NCBI GenBank assembly: GCA_964499355.1
Contig: CAZCKT010000001.1
Location: forward strand, 1 to 34,394
Length of the DNA stretch: 34,394 nucleotides
Direction: 5' to 3'
Origin: an uncultured Candidatus Saccharibacteria bacterium
Lineage (GTDB): Bacteria; Patescibacteriota; Dojkabacteria; GCA-002793355
In this document: positions 25,181-34,095 of the stretch, one piece after another
Numbering within the stretch: the first letter of the stretch is position 1
Layout of the letters: the number at the start of each line of letters is the position of its first letter
Made by a program: the position numbers and the translations under genes
The notes under the pieces: model-generated
Told to the model about the DNA's origin: nothing
What the model saw: only the letters and a program-made list of their open reading frames with translations
Databases searched by the model: none

Positions 25181-27250
25181 CTATTTCTTTGGGAGTTGCA
25201 AGAAAAACGTTGTTCCAACATTTAACTTACTTTCAAACCAAATTTTTCCTCTATGTGCATCAATAATTTTCTTTGCAATGAAGAGTCCAATGCCAGTTCC
25301 GTCAGGTCGTACTTGTTTTGCATTTTCTAATCGAGAGAATCGTTTGAAAATATACTCTTTCTTATTGTCGGGGATTCCGATACCAGTATCTTTAACTTTA
25401 ACAGTCACATTGTCAGAGGTTTCGGAAACAAAGACAGACACACTACCCTGTTTTGTATAACTGAGCGCATTATCAATTAAGTTCAGAATCGCCTCATAAA
25501 CTTTTGTTTGGTCAAAAGGTGCAGTAATCTTTTTGTTTGGAATATTCGATTCAAGTGTAACTCCTTTTTGTTTTGCTTTTTGTGTTAATTCTTGTACCGC
25601 AGTTCTCGTGAGTTCGCTGATATCTCCAGATGCTTTGTTAATAACTAATCGTGATTGTTCAATTCTAGATGCATTCAAAATATCTTCAACAATATTATTC
25701 AGTTGATCGGTATTTTTCAGAACTCTGAGTAATGATGGGGAAATGTTGTCATTTACTTTTCCTAAATCCCCAGCAAGAATCATTGATAAATAACCACGAA
25801 TTACTGAGATTGGAGTCCTTAGCTGGTGGCTTGCCATTGAAATGAAGTCGCTTTTTGCTTTATCTAGCTCCTTTAATTTTTCGTTTGCATGCGTAAGCTT
25901 CTTTGTCTGTTGGTCAACCTTTTTTTGAAGTATTGCATTGAAGTTGTTCGTGCTTTCAAGTAATGATCGCTCGGTTAAGGCTACTTGCAATCGCTGACCT
26001 AAATATGAAATAGCTTCAATTTCCTGCTTTGTGTATGCATATTGACCTGCTTTTTCGCTTAGCAGAAGGGCAATTGAGGGAGATAGACGAAGAACCATAC
26101 CATACCCTCTTTGTTGTAGATATTTTCGTTGCTTTGTTGCATCACCTAATTCTTGAGCCAAATACATCTTTGCAACACCGAATTTGAAAGTATCCAGTTC
26201 TATAATTGTATGCTCGTTATTGGTAATTGTTGCTCGAAGTTTTGGAATATGGGTATTTAAAATCGATGCCAATTTATCCATGTAATTTGATAATGATAGA
26301 GGGTCCCCTCGAAGTTCATCAATTTCCTTTGCTATTTCTTCAACTTGTATCTTTTCTGTTATTAATAATCTTCCAACGAACCTCGCTATGATTTTTAGGA
26401 AGACTCTTATATTAGAAGCGACAGTAAAAGCAAAGACGAGGTCTATAAAAATGTTCACTGGATCATAGAACGATAAGTGAAGAATTTTGATTTCGACAGT
26501 TCTAATTAAGAAAATAATTCCGTAAAAAAGCCCTGCTAATAAAAATACTTCAACCAGGTTGGCAACGAAGGTTCCAATATCGAATAATCGATGATAAATA
26601 ATTGCTTGTGTCGTAAAGTAGAATAAAAATAACGTACTAACGGGACCGAAACTTGAAACGGTGTCCATTCCAAGCATCGGTAATAACATATTGGTTACTA
26701 ATGCCCCTGCTGCCGACAGAACAAATCCAGTAAGTAGGTATTTTAAACGTAGTTGATCTAATCCTTGGGCTTTTCGATATTTCATATACATCCAACCTAA
26801 AAGATAGAAGATTCCGCCAGCTAAATAAACGAAATAAACAGTGTATTGATACCCGTAATCAAACTCGATACCTGCAGAGCTTTCTCTGAATCCTGTGATA
26901 AAGTTTGAGCCAAGCAGTGCGACTGACAAGAATACTAATCCCATGGCCGCAAAAAACAACAAAAGCGGATCGTGTTCTTTTTTTGAAGACCGAGGAAAAT
27001 TAGATATGAAACCATATAAGGCTAAGGGAAGAAATGTTGGACCGATAAATGCGAATCTCGCAAATAACATGTGATATCCATCTGTCGTTGCGTATTCGAG
27101 TAATCCTAACGGTAAAATCCAAAGGACAGTTATTATAGTAATTAGGAAATAGTAAAATGCAGAAGTTTGCCGCTTAGTTTTAATAAGCGCTGAAAGCCCA
27201 AGAGTAAGGTTAAGAATACCAACAAGTGCAATGACTGCAACCGAGATCAT
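25181..27250 (-). CDS. sensor histidine kinase with large polytopic N-terminal membrane domain
   Basis: H-box SDFISMASHQLRTPISVIRGYL, N-box LNLIDNALSY, G1 VKDTGIGIP, G2 GTGIGLFIAKKII. About 290 N-terminal aa with roughly 8 TM segments. ATGA overlap with the upstream gene. Confidence 0.9.
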   Translation of the reverse strand: MISVAVIALVGILNLTLGLSALIKTKRQTSAFYYFLITIITVLWILPLGLLEYATTDGYHMLFARFAFIGPTFLPLALYGFISNFPRSSKKEHDPLLLFFAAMGLVFLSVALLGSNFITGFRESSAGIEFDYGYQYTVYFVYLAGGIFYLLGWMYMKYRKAQGLDQLRLKYLLTGFVLSAAGALVTNMLLPMLGMDTVSSFGPVSTLFLFYFTTQAIIYHRLFDIGTFVANLVEVFLLAGLFYGIIFLIRTVEIKILHLSFYDPVNIFIDLVFAFTVASNIRVFLKIIARFVGRLLITEKIQVEEIAKEIDELRGDPLSLSNYMDKLASILNTHIPKLRATITNNEHTIIELDTFKFGVAKMYLAQELGDATKQRKYLQQRGYGMVLRLSPSIALLLSEKAGQYAYTKQEIEAISYLGQRLQVALTERSLLESTNNFNAILQKKVDQQTKKLTHANEKLKELDKAKSDFISMASHQLRTPISVIRGYLSMILAGDLGKVNDNISPSLLRVLKNTDQLNNIVEDILNASRIEQSRLVINKASGDISELTRTAVQELTQKAKQKGVTLESNIPNKKITAPFDQTKVYEAILNLIDNALSYTKQGSVSVFVSETSDNVTVKVKDTGIGIPDNKKEYIFKRFSRLENAKQVRPDGTGIGLFIAKKIIDAHRGKIWFESKLNVGTTFFLQLPKK

Positions 27251-28764
27251 GATTTATTCTCAGTTGGTTTATGATAATAGACGTGCTTTATTTTGCTTTT
27301 GTTTTGCTCAAACAATTTCGCGTCGTATTCATGAATATAAATTTGTGGAGTTAGTGAATTCTTGTTATTCGAATAACTCTCTTTGAAATCTTTATTAACT
27401 TTTGATAAATGTTGGATAACGTGGTGTTGTACTTCGGTTACTTCTGTAGGTAAAATTTTATTTGCGTTTTGGGTTAGTTCGATATTAATACTAAACGCCA
27501 TTGATTTATCAGTGGAATATGTCGTTTCGAGTAAAAAAGAGTGAACGAACTTCCCTATTTTGGAAGTATAAAGTGCATCCTGAATATCAGCGGGATAAAT
27601 ATTGGCACCGTCTAGTGAAATTGTTCCGTCACTCCTGCCGTAAATAACGACAAATGGAAGTTTCATCGACTTGCTTTGATATTTTTTACGTTCAGGTGGA
27701 GATAGAATTGCCATTGCTTCGTTGTACGAGAGTAGCTTACCGGAATCCTTCAAGTTGTATCGAATCTTTGGGGAGGCAGTATCCTTATTCATCAAAGTAA
27801 AGAGCAGTTCGCCAGTTTGATGTTCTTCAATATAGTAGATTAACGGATTGTATTGTCCGACAAAGAGTGGGACCTTGTCTGATCCTAGGGCGTCTGTACG
27901 CACCATTACGTCTTCGGTTAATTTTTTACGAACTGCAATAGTGAAATCTGTCTCAAAAGCAACGCCGATGTCGATATCGGATGCTCCATAAGCCGAATAA
28001 ACTTCACCTTGTGATCCCTTGATTTTTTCACGCATGAAATCGCGCCATCCTTCTGAAAAACCTTCTCCTCCAGTTACGATATTTACGCGATAATCACTCC
28101 ATACCATTCCTTTTTCTTCTCCGTAATCGATAACTTCTTTGGTGAATGGTGGGTATCCGCAAATAACATACTCGAAGTTTTTGCCAAGAGTTTGAATTGT
28201 TTCAATGACATTTTCTTTGTTGGTGCCAATCGCTTTAACTAATGTGCTGTGTTGAGCGATAAAGGCAAACTTAATCCCGGTTGCCCACGGACCATTGGAC
28301 CAGCAGTTAAGTACAACGACGTTACGTTTATGAAATGAATTAAAGGTGTAATCAAGAGCAAATGTTACTAACTTGTTCAATTTTTTTTCTTCCTGAAACG
28401 ATCGTACCCACATTGTGGCCTTTCCAGTACTACCTGCAGATTCATCGATATTCCCGGCATTTGGCAACTTTCCGTCAAGTGCTCTTTCCTGTAAAGGGTA
28501 TTTCAGAATGTACGTATCTTTTGTTGTGATTGGGAGACTTTTAACACTCTTTATATCACTACTCGTTCTATTATGCTCCGCTAGGAATTTTTTATAAGCA
28601 GGGATACGATAGCTAATAGCCTTGACATAGACAGTTGATTTCAATTTTCCTAACCAGGTAAATAAATTTGGTGGTGTATTAGTTATAACAATTCTCAGAA
28701 CACGAGGATTCGCCATTAAAATGGATTCAAATGTTTCTAGTAACGTTAGTAGTTGGGGCCACAT
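27247..28764 (-). CDS. adenylate-forming enzyme of the PaaK / coenzyme F390 synthetase / CapK-like family
   Basis: IPAYKKFLAEH..SLPITTKDTY..IDESAGSTGKATMWVRS matches the PaaK N-terminus (vp.Yr..l...lP.ttK.dl...SSGTTGKPt). Also YGASD in place of YGxTE, and VTGGEGF. 505 aa. Confidence 0.6.
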   Translation of the reverse strand: MWPQLLTLLETFESILMANPRVLRIVITNTPPNLFTWLGKLKSTVYVKAISYRIPAYKKFLAEHNRTSSDIKSVKSLPITTKDTYILKYPLQERALDGKLPNAGNIDESAGSTGKATMWVRSFQEEKKLNKLVTFALDYTFNSFHKRNVVVLNCWSNGPWATGIKFAFIAQHSTLVKAIGTNKENVIETIQTLGKNFEYVICGYPPFTKEVIDYGEEKGMVWSDYRVNIVTGGEGFSEGWRDFMREKIKGSQGEVYSAYGASDIDIGVAFETDFTIAVRKKLTEDVMVRTDALGSDKVPLFVGQYNPLIYYIEEHQTGELLFTLMNKDTASPKIRYNLKDSGKLLSYNEAMAILSPPERKKYQSKSMKLPFVVIYGRSDGTISLDGANIYPADIQDALYTSKIGKFVHSFLLETTYSTDKSMAFSINIELTQNANKILPTEVTEVQHHVIQHLSKVNKDFKESYSNNKNSLTPQIYIHEYDAKLFEQNKSKIKHVYYHKPTENKS

Positions 28765-28770
28765 AGCGTC

Positions 28771-29331
28771 TTAGCCAAAGAGCAATTTCTTTTTTATATC
28801 GTTGTATTCCTGTTCGGTAATTACTTTTTCATCAAGAAGTTTTTTGTATCGTTTCAATTTTTCGGCAATAATTTCGTCTTTATCTTTTTCTTCAGCAGCT
28901 TTCTTTGATCGAGCTTCAACAGGTAACTTTTCTTTTGGTGTTTCTACTAGTCCAAGGATTTCTTTGATTTTTGAAACAACCATAGTTGGTGTCGTGTTTG
29001 CTTTAACCAGATATTCAGTTGCTCCGAGTGATTTCGCTTCTCGGATATTTTCATACTGGCCAAGGTTTGAAAGAACAATAATTTTTGACTCAATCTTAGA
29101 ATTATTTTTTAGAGCCTTAAGCACTTCAAATCCGTTCATGTTTGGCATTAAAATATCAAGGAGTATCATCGCAGGTTTACATTCTACAGCCCGAAGTAAT
29201 CCTTGTTCACCATCGAATGCTGTTTCAACACGGAATCCTTCTAATGAAAGTTTAAGACGGTACATCTCAACTAAATCTTGGTTGTCTTCAATAATAAGAA
29301 TTGTTGGAACTGTTGGTTTCGTACTTGGCAT
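28771..29331 (-). CDS. response regulator: receiver domain fused to a C-terminal SHOCT domain (no DNA-binding output)
   Basis: REC motifs ILIIEDN, phospho-acceptor context MILLDILMPNMNG, IIVLSN, and K in YLVKA. The C-terminus KLKRYKKLLDEKVITEQEYNDIKKKLL matches the SHOCT consensus (L.kLkeL.d.GvIteeEf...K.kLL). Confidence 0.85.
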   Translation of the reverse strand: MPSTKPTVPTILIIEDNQDLVEMYRLKLSLEGFRVETAFDGEQGLLRAVECKPAMILLDILMPNMNGFEVLKALKNNSKIESKIIVLSNLGQYENIREAKSLGATEYLVKANTTPTMVVSKIKEILGLVETPKEKLPVEARSKKAAEEKDKDEIIAEKLKRYKKLLDEKVITEQEYNDIKKKLLFG

Positions 29332-29393
29332 GTGTGCAGTGTAATAACTAGGTAAATTATTATGGATGATTTTTATGAATAAGTAAAGAATTT

Positions 29394-30533
29394 TTAGGAC
29401 TTTTCTGTTAGTGAAACTATGATTTCTGACGCCCTCTCAATGTTCCACAACTTAGCAATTTTATGTGTCTTTTTCTGAATCGTTTGATATACAGCTTCAT
29501 CTTGGAAAAGTGATTCTGCTGCTACAAATGCCTTGGCAAAAGACATAGCAGAATTATCTTTAAGTACAAATTCTGGAGTAACGAGTTTCACAATTTCACT
29601 CGCTCCAACATAGGGAGAAACGATTGAGGGGACTCCTCTACTCGCAGCTTCATTTACAACGACACACCAAGGATCCTTTTCTGATGCAACGATATTAAAT
29701 GACATTTGATTAAAATATTCTGTTTTTTCCTCTTCTGTTCTTGCATAGTTTTCCAGAATTATTCTATTGTCGCTTAATCTTGCTTTTGCAATTTCTGCTT
29801 TTAGTGGACCGTCACCAACGAAAAGCATTCGCGCGAGCGGATTTTTATAGTATCTAAAAGCATCGAGCATTTCACGAATTCCTTTCCGGTCAGAAAAATA
29901 CCCTAGGAATCCGAAAGTTAGTTTTTTGCTTTTGGACTGTTTGAATGAGTCAATTTCACTTTCAAGATATGTAGCTTGAATTGTTCTGACTATTTCCTGA
30001 CTAGTTAACGGGAGGCTAAGGCTTTTTAGATATCCATTGGTCATCTCTGAAAAGGAAAGAATGGTATCTACTCTAACCGCAAGTAAAAATGTCATTACTT
30101 TCTTGTAGATATTTTTTAAAAAACTGTCTGACCCAGATGCTGAAATATGTTCATTCCAAAGAATTCGGTCTTTCCGAGGGACGTAGCTTAACGTCCCCAT
30201 AAGTCGCAGGGTTGTTAAATTTGTTGGCATATTGTCTAGATAGATTACTTTCGACTGACGCGGAATTTGTGTTTGTAATTTTTTTAATCCAATGACCCAA
30301 ACAATTTTATTTAACGGACCGAAAGGGAAAAGGCGTTTATTTTCTAGTTGAATTGTTTGGTAGTTCTTTTCCGAATCGTAGCTCGTTTCGTCCCACTGTC
30401 TTCCCTCTTCATGAGGCTTTTGCATATAAACAACTAGTAGGTCTGTATGTTTAGCAATTTCGATAAAAAGTTTGTGTCTATATGGACTGAAATAGTTTTG
30501 AAATATTACCAATGGAGAGTGGCTCTTTGTCAT
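29394..30533 (-). CDS. glycosyltransferase, GT4-like (GT-B fold)
   Basis: C-terminal E-x7-E-type region FNIVASEKDPWCVVVNEAASRGVPSIVSPYVGASE. ATGA overlap with the upstream GT. Confidence 0.7.
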   Translation of the reverse strand: MTKSHSPLVIFQNYFSPYRHKLFIEIAKHTDLLVVYMQKPHEEGRQWDETSYDSEKNYQTIQLENKRLFPFGPLNKIVWVIGLKKLQTQIPRQSKVIYLDNMPTNLTTLRLMGTLSYVPRKDRILWNEHISASGSDSFLKNIYKKVMTFLLAVRVDTILSFSEMTNGYLKSLSLPLTSQEIVRTIQATYLESEIDSFKQSKSKKLTFGFLGYFSDRKGIREMLDAFRYYKNPLARMLFVGDGPLKAEIAKARLSDNRIILENYARTEEEKTEYFNQMSFNIVASEKDPWCVVVNEAASRGVPSIVSPYVGASEIVKLVTPEFVLKDNSAMSFAKAFVAAESLFQDEAVYQTIQKKTHKIAKLWNIERASEIIVSLTEKS

Positions 30534-31759
30534 TTATTGGTGCGAGCTGGTTTATGTGATTGTGTATATTCTATTATAGTTTCGATTGTTTGGTTAGCTG
30601 TCTTGCTCCATGTAAACGTTCGAGCGTGAGCTGCACCTGCAGATAATTGCTCTACTGGCACCTTTTTCCGAGCAAGCTTGTACAGAATTGGTTCAGCAAG
30701 TTCAGGCTTGTGAGGATTCACTAAGAAGGCATATTGACCTACCATTTCTTGTACAGCTCCGATTGCTGCGCTTATAACTGGTACGCCCAAGGACATTACT
30801 TCGATTTCTGGTAATCCACAACCTTCAATAAAGGATAATCTAAAGAGACCGAGCGAATGGACAATATACCAAGCCAGATCTTCATCAGGAACATTGTCGA
30901 TGAGAACCATATTTTCGAGGACACCCTCGGCTTTTGCCAGCTTGATGATTTGATCTTTAATTTTTATTCCACCTGAAAATACTAATTTTGTATGATTTGT
31001 ATCTTCATGCTTTCTGATAAAGAGTGCAAATGCTTTGATTATTCCAGGTATATTTTTATTGAAATCAAAACCTCCGAAATAGAAAAAGTAGGGTTCACGA
31101 ATTGGTGCCGGTTTATTTAACGCAGATTCAGGTTTTTGATGTTCAAAGATGTTTCCAAGCAATACCGAGTGCATATCCTCTTTTCTTCCAATAAATCGTT
31201 CTAGCGCGTGTGAAGTATCATCCGAGTTGGTCACAATTAAATCACTTTTCTTCAGTTCTTGTAAGTAAAGATTGTATTCAATACTTAGAAGTGGATCGAG
31301 TATTTGGTTCTTTCCCCATCGATGTGTTTTGAGGGGGGCGACGTCATGAACCATGGTTACCGTATAATCAGCGTATTTTGATGAAAGGATTTGTTGCCGA
31401 GGCAGAAAATACACGGTTGGTTCAGCTATTGTTTGAAGATAACTATCTAATGCAGGACCAGCAATCCATTTGTAATAAAAGTATTTCAGTATATTTCTTT
31501 TTTCGACTTTTTTTGCAATCGAAACAAATTTGGTTTTCTGGTATTTATCATCAAATACCTCAGATAAAGACGGCGTTGTTGCCCCAACGACGGTTATTGC
31601 ACAAAACGCGTTGGTTAAAATTGGGTCTTGCCTCTCCCATCTTTTAAGAATTTCATCGTAAACTCGGTAGGTATATCGCCCTACTCCACGACCACGATGT
31701 GAATCCTGCAAAGGAAATCCGTTTAAAATCAAATGCTTTTTCTCACGCAGGTCAGTCAT
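30530..31759 (-). CDS. glycosyltransferase, GT4-like (GT-B fold)
   Basis: LFRLSFIEGCGLPEIEVMSLGVPVISAAIGAVQEMVG is the typical GT4 nucleotide-sugar binding block. Confidence 0.75.
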   Translation of the reverse strand: MTDLREKKHLILNGFPLQDSHRGRGVGRYTYRVYDEILKRWERQDPILTNAFCAITVVGATTPSLSEVFDDKYQKTKFVSIAKKVEKRNILKYFYYKWIAGPALDSYLQTIAEPTVYFLPRQQILSSKYADYTVTMVHDVAPLKTHRWGKNQILDPLLSIEYNLYLQELKKSDLIVTNSDDTSHALERFIGRKEDMHSVLLGNIFEHQKPESALNKPAPIREPYFFYFGGFDFNKNIPGIIKAFALFIRKHEDTNHTKLVFSGGIKIKDQIIKLAKAEGVLENMVLIDNVPDEDLAWYIVHSLGLFRLSFIEGCGLPEIEVMSLGVPVISAAIGAVQEMVGQYAFLVNPHKPELAEPILYKLARKKVPVEQLSAGAAHARTFTWSKTANQTIETIIEYTQSHKPARTNK

Positions 31760-31765
31760 GTAGTC

Positions 31766-33112
31766 CTATTGTATCAGCTCTTGCTCAATCAATGCTGCAA
31801 TCTTTTTACCCTCTTTTACGGCATAGTTAGTTCCACGATCTTCAGGGAATATCTGTGCAAAATTCGCCATGTACGTTGAAGGATAAACAGTTTTGTATGG
31901 TGGAATCTTTGCTTCATAGTCAACGTCCACAACGTGCTGTGCATGTGAGAATTTGAATAGGTTTTTGTTTTTTACAAGTGAAGTATCGAATTCTGGGAAA
32001 ATCGTTTTCACATAATCGAACCATTCATTTTCGATGCTACCTTCTTGTTTGTAAGCATCGTCGGTAAGATATTTATGAGTTTGAGGAACATAGACACCAA
32101 TATAATAAACCTGTTGATTGTTATATGTTGTTGCAGGAATTAGATTCGTGTGCTGTAAAAATACTAGAAATGGTGACTGCGGATCTATAATGTTGTGCCA
32201 GTAATAGGAAGATAACGACTGAGAAGAAGTAAATACGAGGACTACAGCCGCAAGATAGTCAATTTGAACTAAGTTTGTTGAAGGAACAATTGTTTCAACA
32301 GTTCGTTCAAAAGACTGTTGTGGGATTGTGCTGATAATTGCGTCGAATGATTCTTGTTGACCGGATATTGTAATTGTTGGAATGTTGTTTGGATAGCTTA
32401 TCTTTTCAATCGAAACGCCAGTTTTTATTACATCTGAAATTGATTTTTGTTGAAGGGCTGCAGTTTTTTCAGCTAGCTTTTGAGCAATAGATTGAAATCC
32501 GGTGGTCGGATATGCGAGCAATTCTTTTTCAAAAATACTTTTCCTTGAGTTCGCACGAATATGAATTCTTGCCCAAAGCCATGCCATCGATACTTTAGAC
32601 GAAAAATCACTAAATTTACCTCTTAAAAGTGGTCCCCAAATCTTTTCCATAACTTTTTTGCCAGACCATTTTGTCATCCAATTTTGCGCAGTTATGCCAA
32701 TTAAGGTTTTCCAATTTTTATACTTTTGCAAAAAAAACAGTACTGCTCCGGCACGGATTCGATCAATAAAAGGAAGTGGTTTATACAGTAATAAATCTTT
32801 AACACCATTAAAAGAATATAAGTCGAAACTTTTTGTTGAATCATTTTTTACAACCATCCCCACTTTACTCGAGAACCAACCCAATTCATTTGTTAATTCG
32901 AGTTCATCAATAAGCGAAAGAATGTCAGTGTCCGTTCTGAAAAGGTGGTGATATGCCTTCTCTAGTGATGCGCCTTCTATAGTGAATCCACCTGCGAGTC
33001 CTCCAATAGTTTCAGCTTTCTCGAAGATTGTTACGGAAAAACCTTTCTTAGATAATTCGTAAGCAGCTGTTAATCCTGTAAATCCTGCCCCAATTATTGC
33101 GACTTTTTTCAT
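31766..33112 (-). CDS. FAD/NAD(P)-dependent oxidoreductase (amine oxidase / protoporphyrinogen oxidase-like fold)
   Basis: N-terminal Rossmann KKVAIIGAGFTGLTAAYELSKKGFSVTIFEKAETIGGLAGG. 448 aa. ATGA overlap with the upstream GT2. Confidence 0.75.
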   Translation of the reverse strand: MKKVAIIGAGFTGLTAAYELSKKGFSVTIFEKAETIGGLAGGFTIEGASLEKAYHHLFRTDTDILSLIDELELTNELGWFSSKVGMVVKNDSTKSFDLYSFNGVKDLLLYKPLPFIDRIRAGAVLFFLQKYKNWKTLIGITAQNWMTKWSGKKVMEKIWGPLLRGKFSDFSSKVSMAWLWARIHIRANSRKSIFEKELLAYPTTGFQSIAQKLAEKTAALQQKSISDVIKTGVSIEKISYPNNIPTITISGQQESFDAIISTIPQQSFERTVETIVPSTNLVQIDYLAAVVLVFTSSQSLSSYYWHNIIDPQSPFLVFLQHTNLIPATTYNNQQVYYIGVYVPQTHKYLTDDAYKQEGSIENEWFDYVKTIFPEFDTSLVKNKNLFKFSHAQHVVDVDYEAKIPPYKTVYPSTYMANFAQIFPEDRGTNYAVKEGKKIAALIEQELIQ

Positions 33113-34029
33113 GCTTTGTGTTCTAGCTTTTTCTTAACAATATACAATGGACGACCTTGAACTTGTTGATACGTACGTCCAATGTATTGGCCTATTGTTG
33201 CAAGGGCAAGTAAAATAATTCCAGTTAATATTGTTATAAATCCCAAGAGAACGACAATCGATTTGTCAGCAATTAGACCGATAATGGTGCCAGTAAATCC
33301 CGCCGCCGCAAGGAGCATTCCAGATAAACCAACCATCATAATTGGAGCCAGCGAGAATCCAGTAAATGCATCTTCTGCAAGTCGGAACATTTTCTTTAGT
33401 GAATAGCCTGACTTTCCTACTTTTCGGTCTTCACGGTCAAATAGTACTGGAGTTTGAGTAAACCCAATATAACTAATAAGTCCGCGGATAAATCGGTGCT
33501 TTTCTGGAAATCCACGAAGAACGTCGCCTACTTGTTTCGAGATTAATCGAAAATCGCCCGTATCCGCGGGGATTTCAATATCAGCGGTCCTTCGAAGTAG
33601 TCTATAAAACCAATACGCAGTTAATTTTTTCATAAAGCTATCCTTTCTCGTTCTTCTTTTCGCGTAAGCAACGTCACTACCGTTTTCCCATGCTGCAATG
33701 AGATCGAAACAAACCTCTGGAGGGTCTTGTAAGTCGGCGTCCATGAAAATAATCGCATCGCCGTTGGCTGCATCAAGTCCAGCTGTTATAGCAAACTGAT
33801 GTCCGAAATTACGTGCAAAGGTTATAATTTTCACGCTTTTATCTTTCTCGTAAAGTCCGGTCAGAAGCTCCATTGAATTGTCCTTGCTTCCATCGTCAAC
33901 AAAGATAAATTCTGCGGTATATTTATTGGATATCTTTTGTTCTAAGGATTTAAGGGAGTCATAAAGTTTTGGAATATTCCCTGCTTCATTAAAGATTGGT
34001 AATACCCATGATATTTTCTGTAACGCCAT
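33109..34029 (-). CDS. GT2 polyprenyl-phosphate glycosyltransferase (GtrB/ArnC/DPM1-like) with two C-terminal TM helices
   Basis: ISWVLPIFNEAGNI, FVDDGSKDNS, NFGHQFAITAGL, FMDADLQDPPE, TGDFRL. C-terminal hydrophobic pair. Confidence 0.88.
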   Translation of the reverse strand: MALQKISWVLPIFNEAGNIPKLYDSLKSLEQKISNKYTAEFIFVDDGSKDNSMELLTGLYEKDKSVKIITFARNFGHQFAITAGLDAANGDAIIFMDADLQDPPEVCFDLIAAWENGSDVAYAKRRTRKDSFMKKLTAYWFYRLLRRTADIEIPADTGDFRLISKQVGDVLRGFPEKHRFIRGLISYIGFTQTPVLFDREDRKVGKSGYSLKKMFRLAEDAFTGFSLAPIMMVGLSGMLLAAAGFTGTIIGLIADKSIVVLLGFITILTGIILLALATIGQYIGRTYQQVQGRPLYIVKKKLEHKA

Positions 34030-34034
34030 GGTGA

Positions 34035-34040
34035 ATTGTA
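34035..34040 (-). promoter_or_regulatory. -10 box TACAAT, 5 nt before ATG 34029
   Basis: Minus-strand GCATACAAT, then tcacc, then ATG. Confidence 0.4.
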
Positions 34041-34081
34041 TGCTTTTTTGAGGCTAGACGCAATCATTTTATTGTTACTAA

Positions 34082-34090
34082 TGCTACAAT
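34082..34090 (+). promoter_or_regulatory. extended -10 TGCTACAAT, 5 nt before ATG 34096
   Basis: TG-C-TACAAT, then cttac, then ATG. Confidence 0.45.
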
Positions 34091-34095
34091 CTTAC

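Noticed and set aside
28802-29344. 180-aa + strand ORF antisense to the response regulator. The same applies to 20871..21350, 21420..21653, 14900..15220 and the several ORFs antisense to gyrA.
   Set aside because: All lie entirely inside strongly supported genes on the other strand. They have Ser/Phe/Ile-rich shadow-frame composition and no independent start signals.
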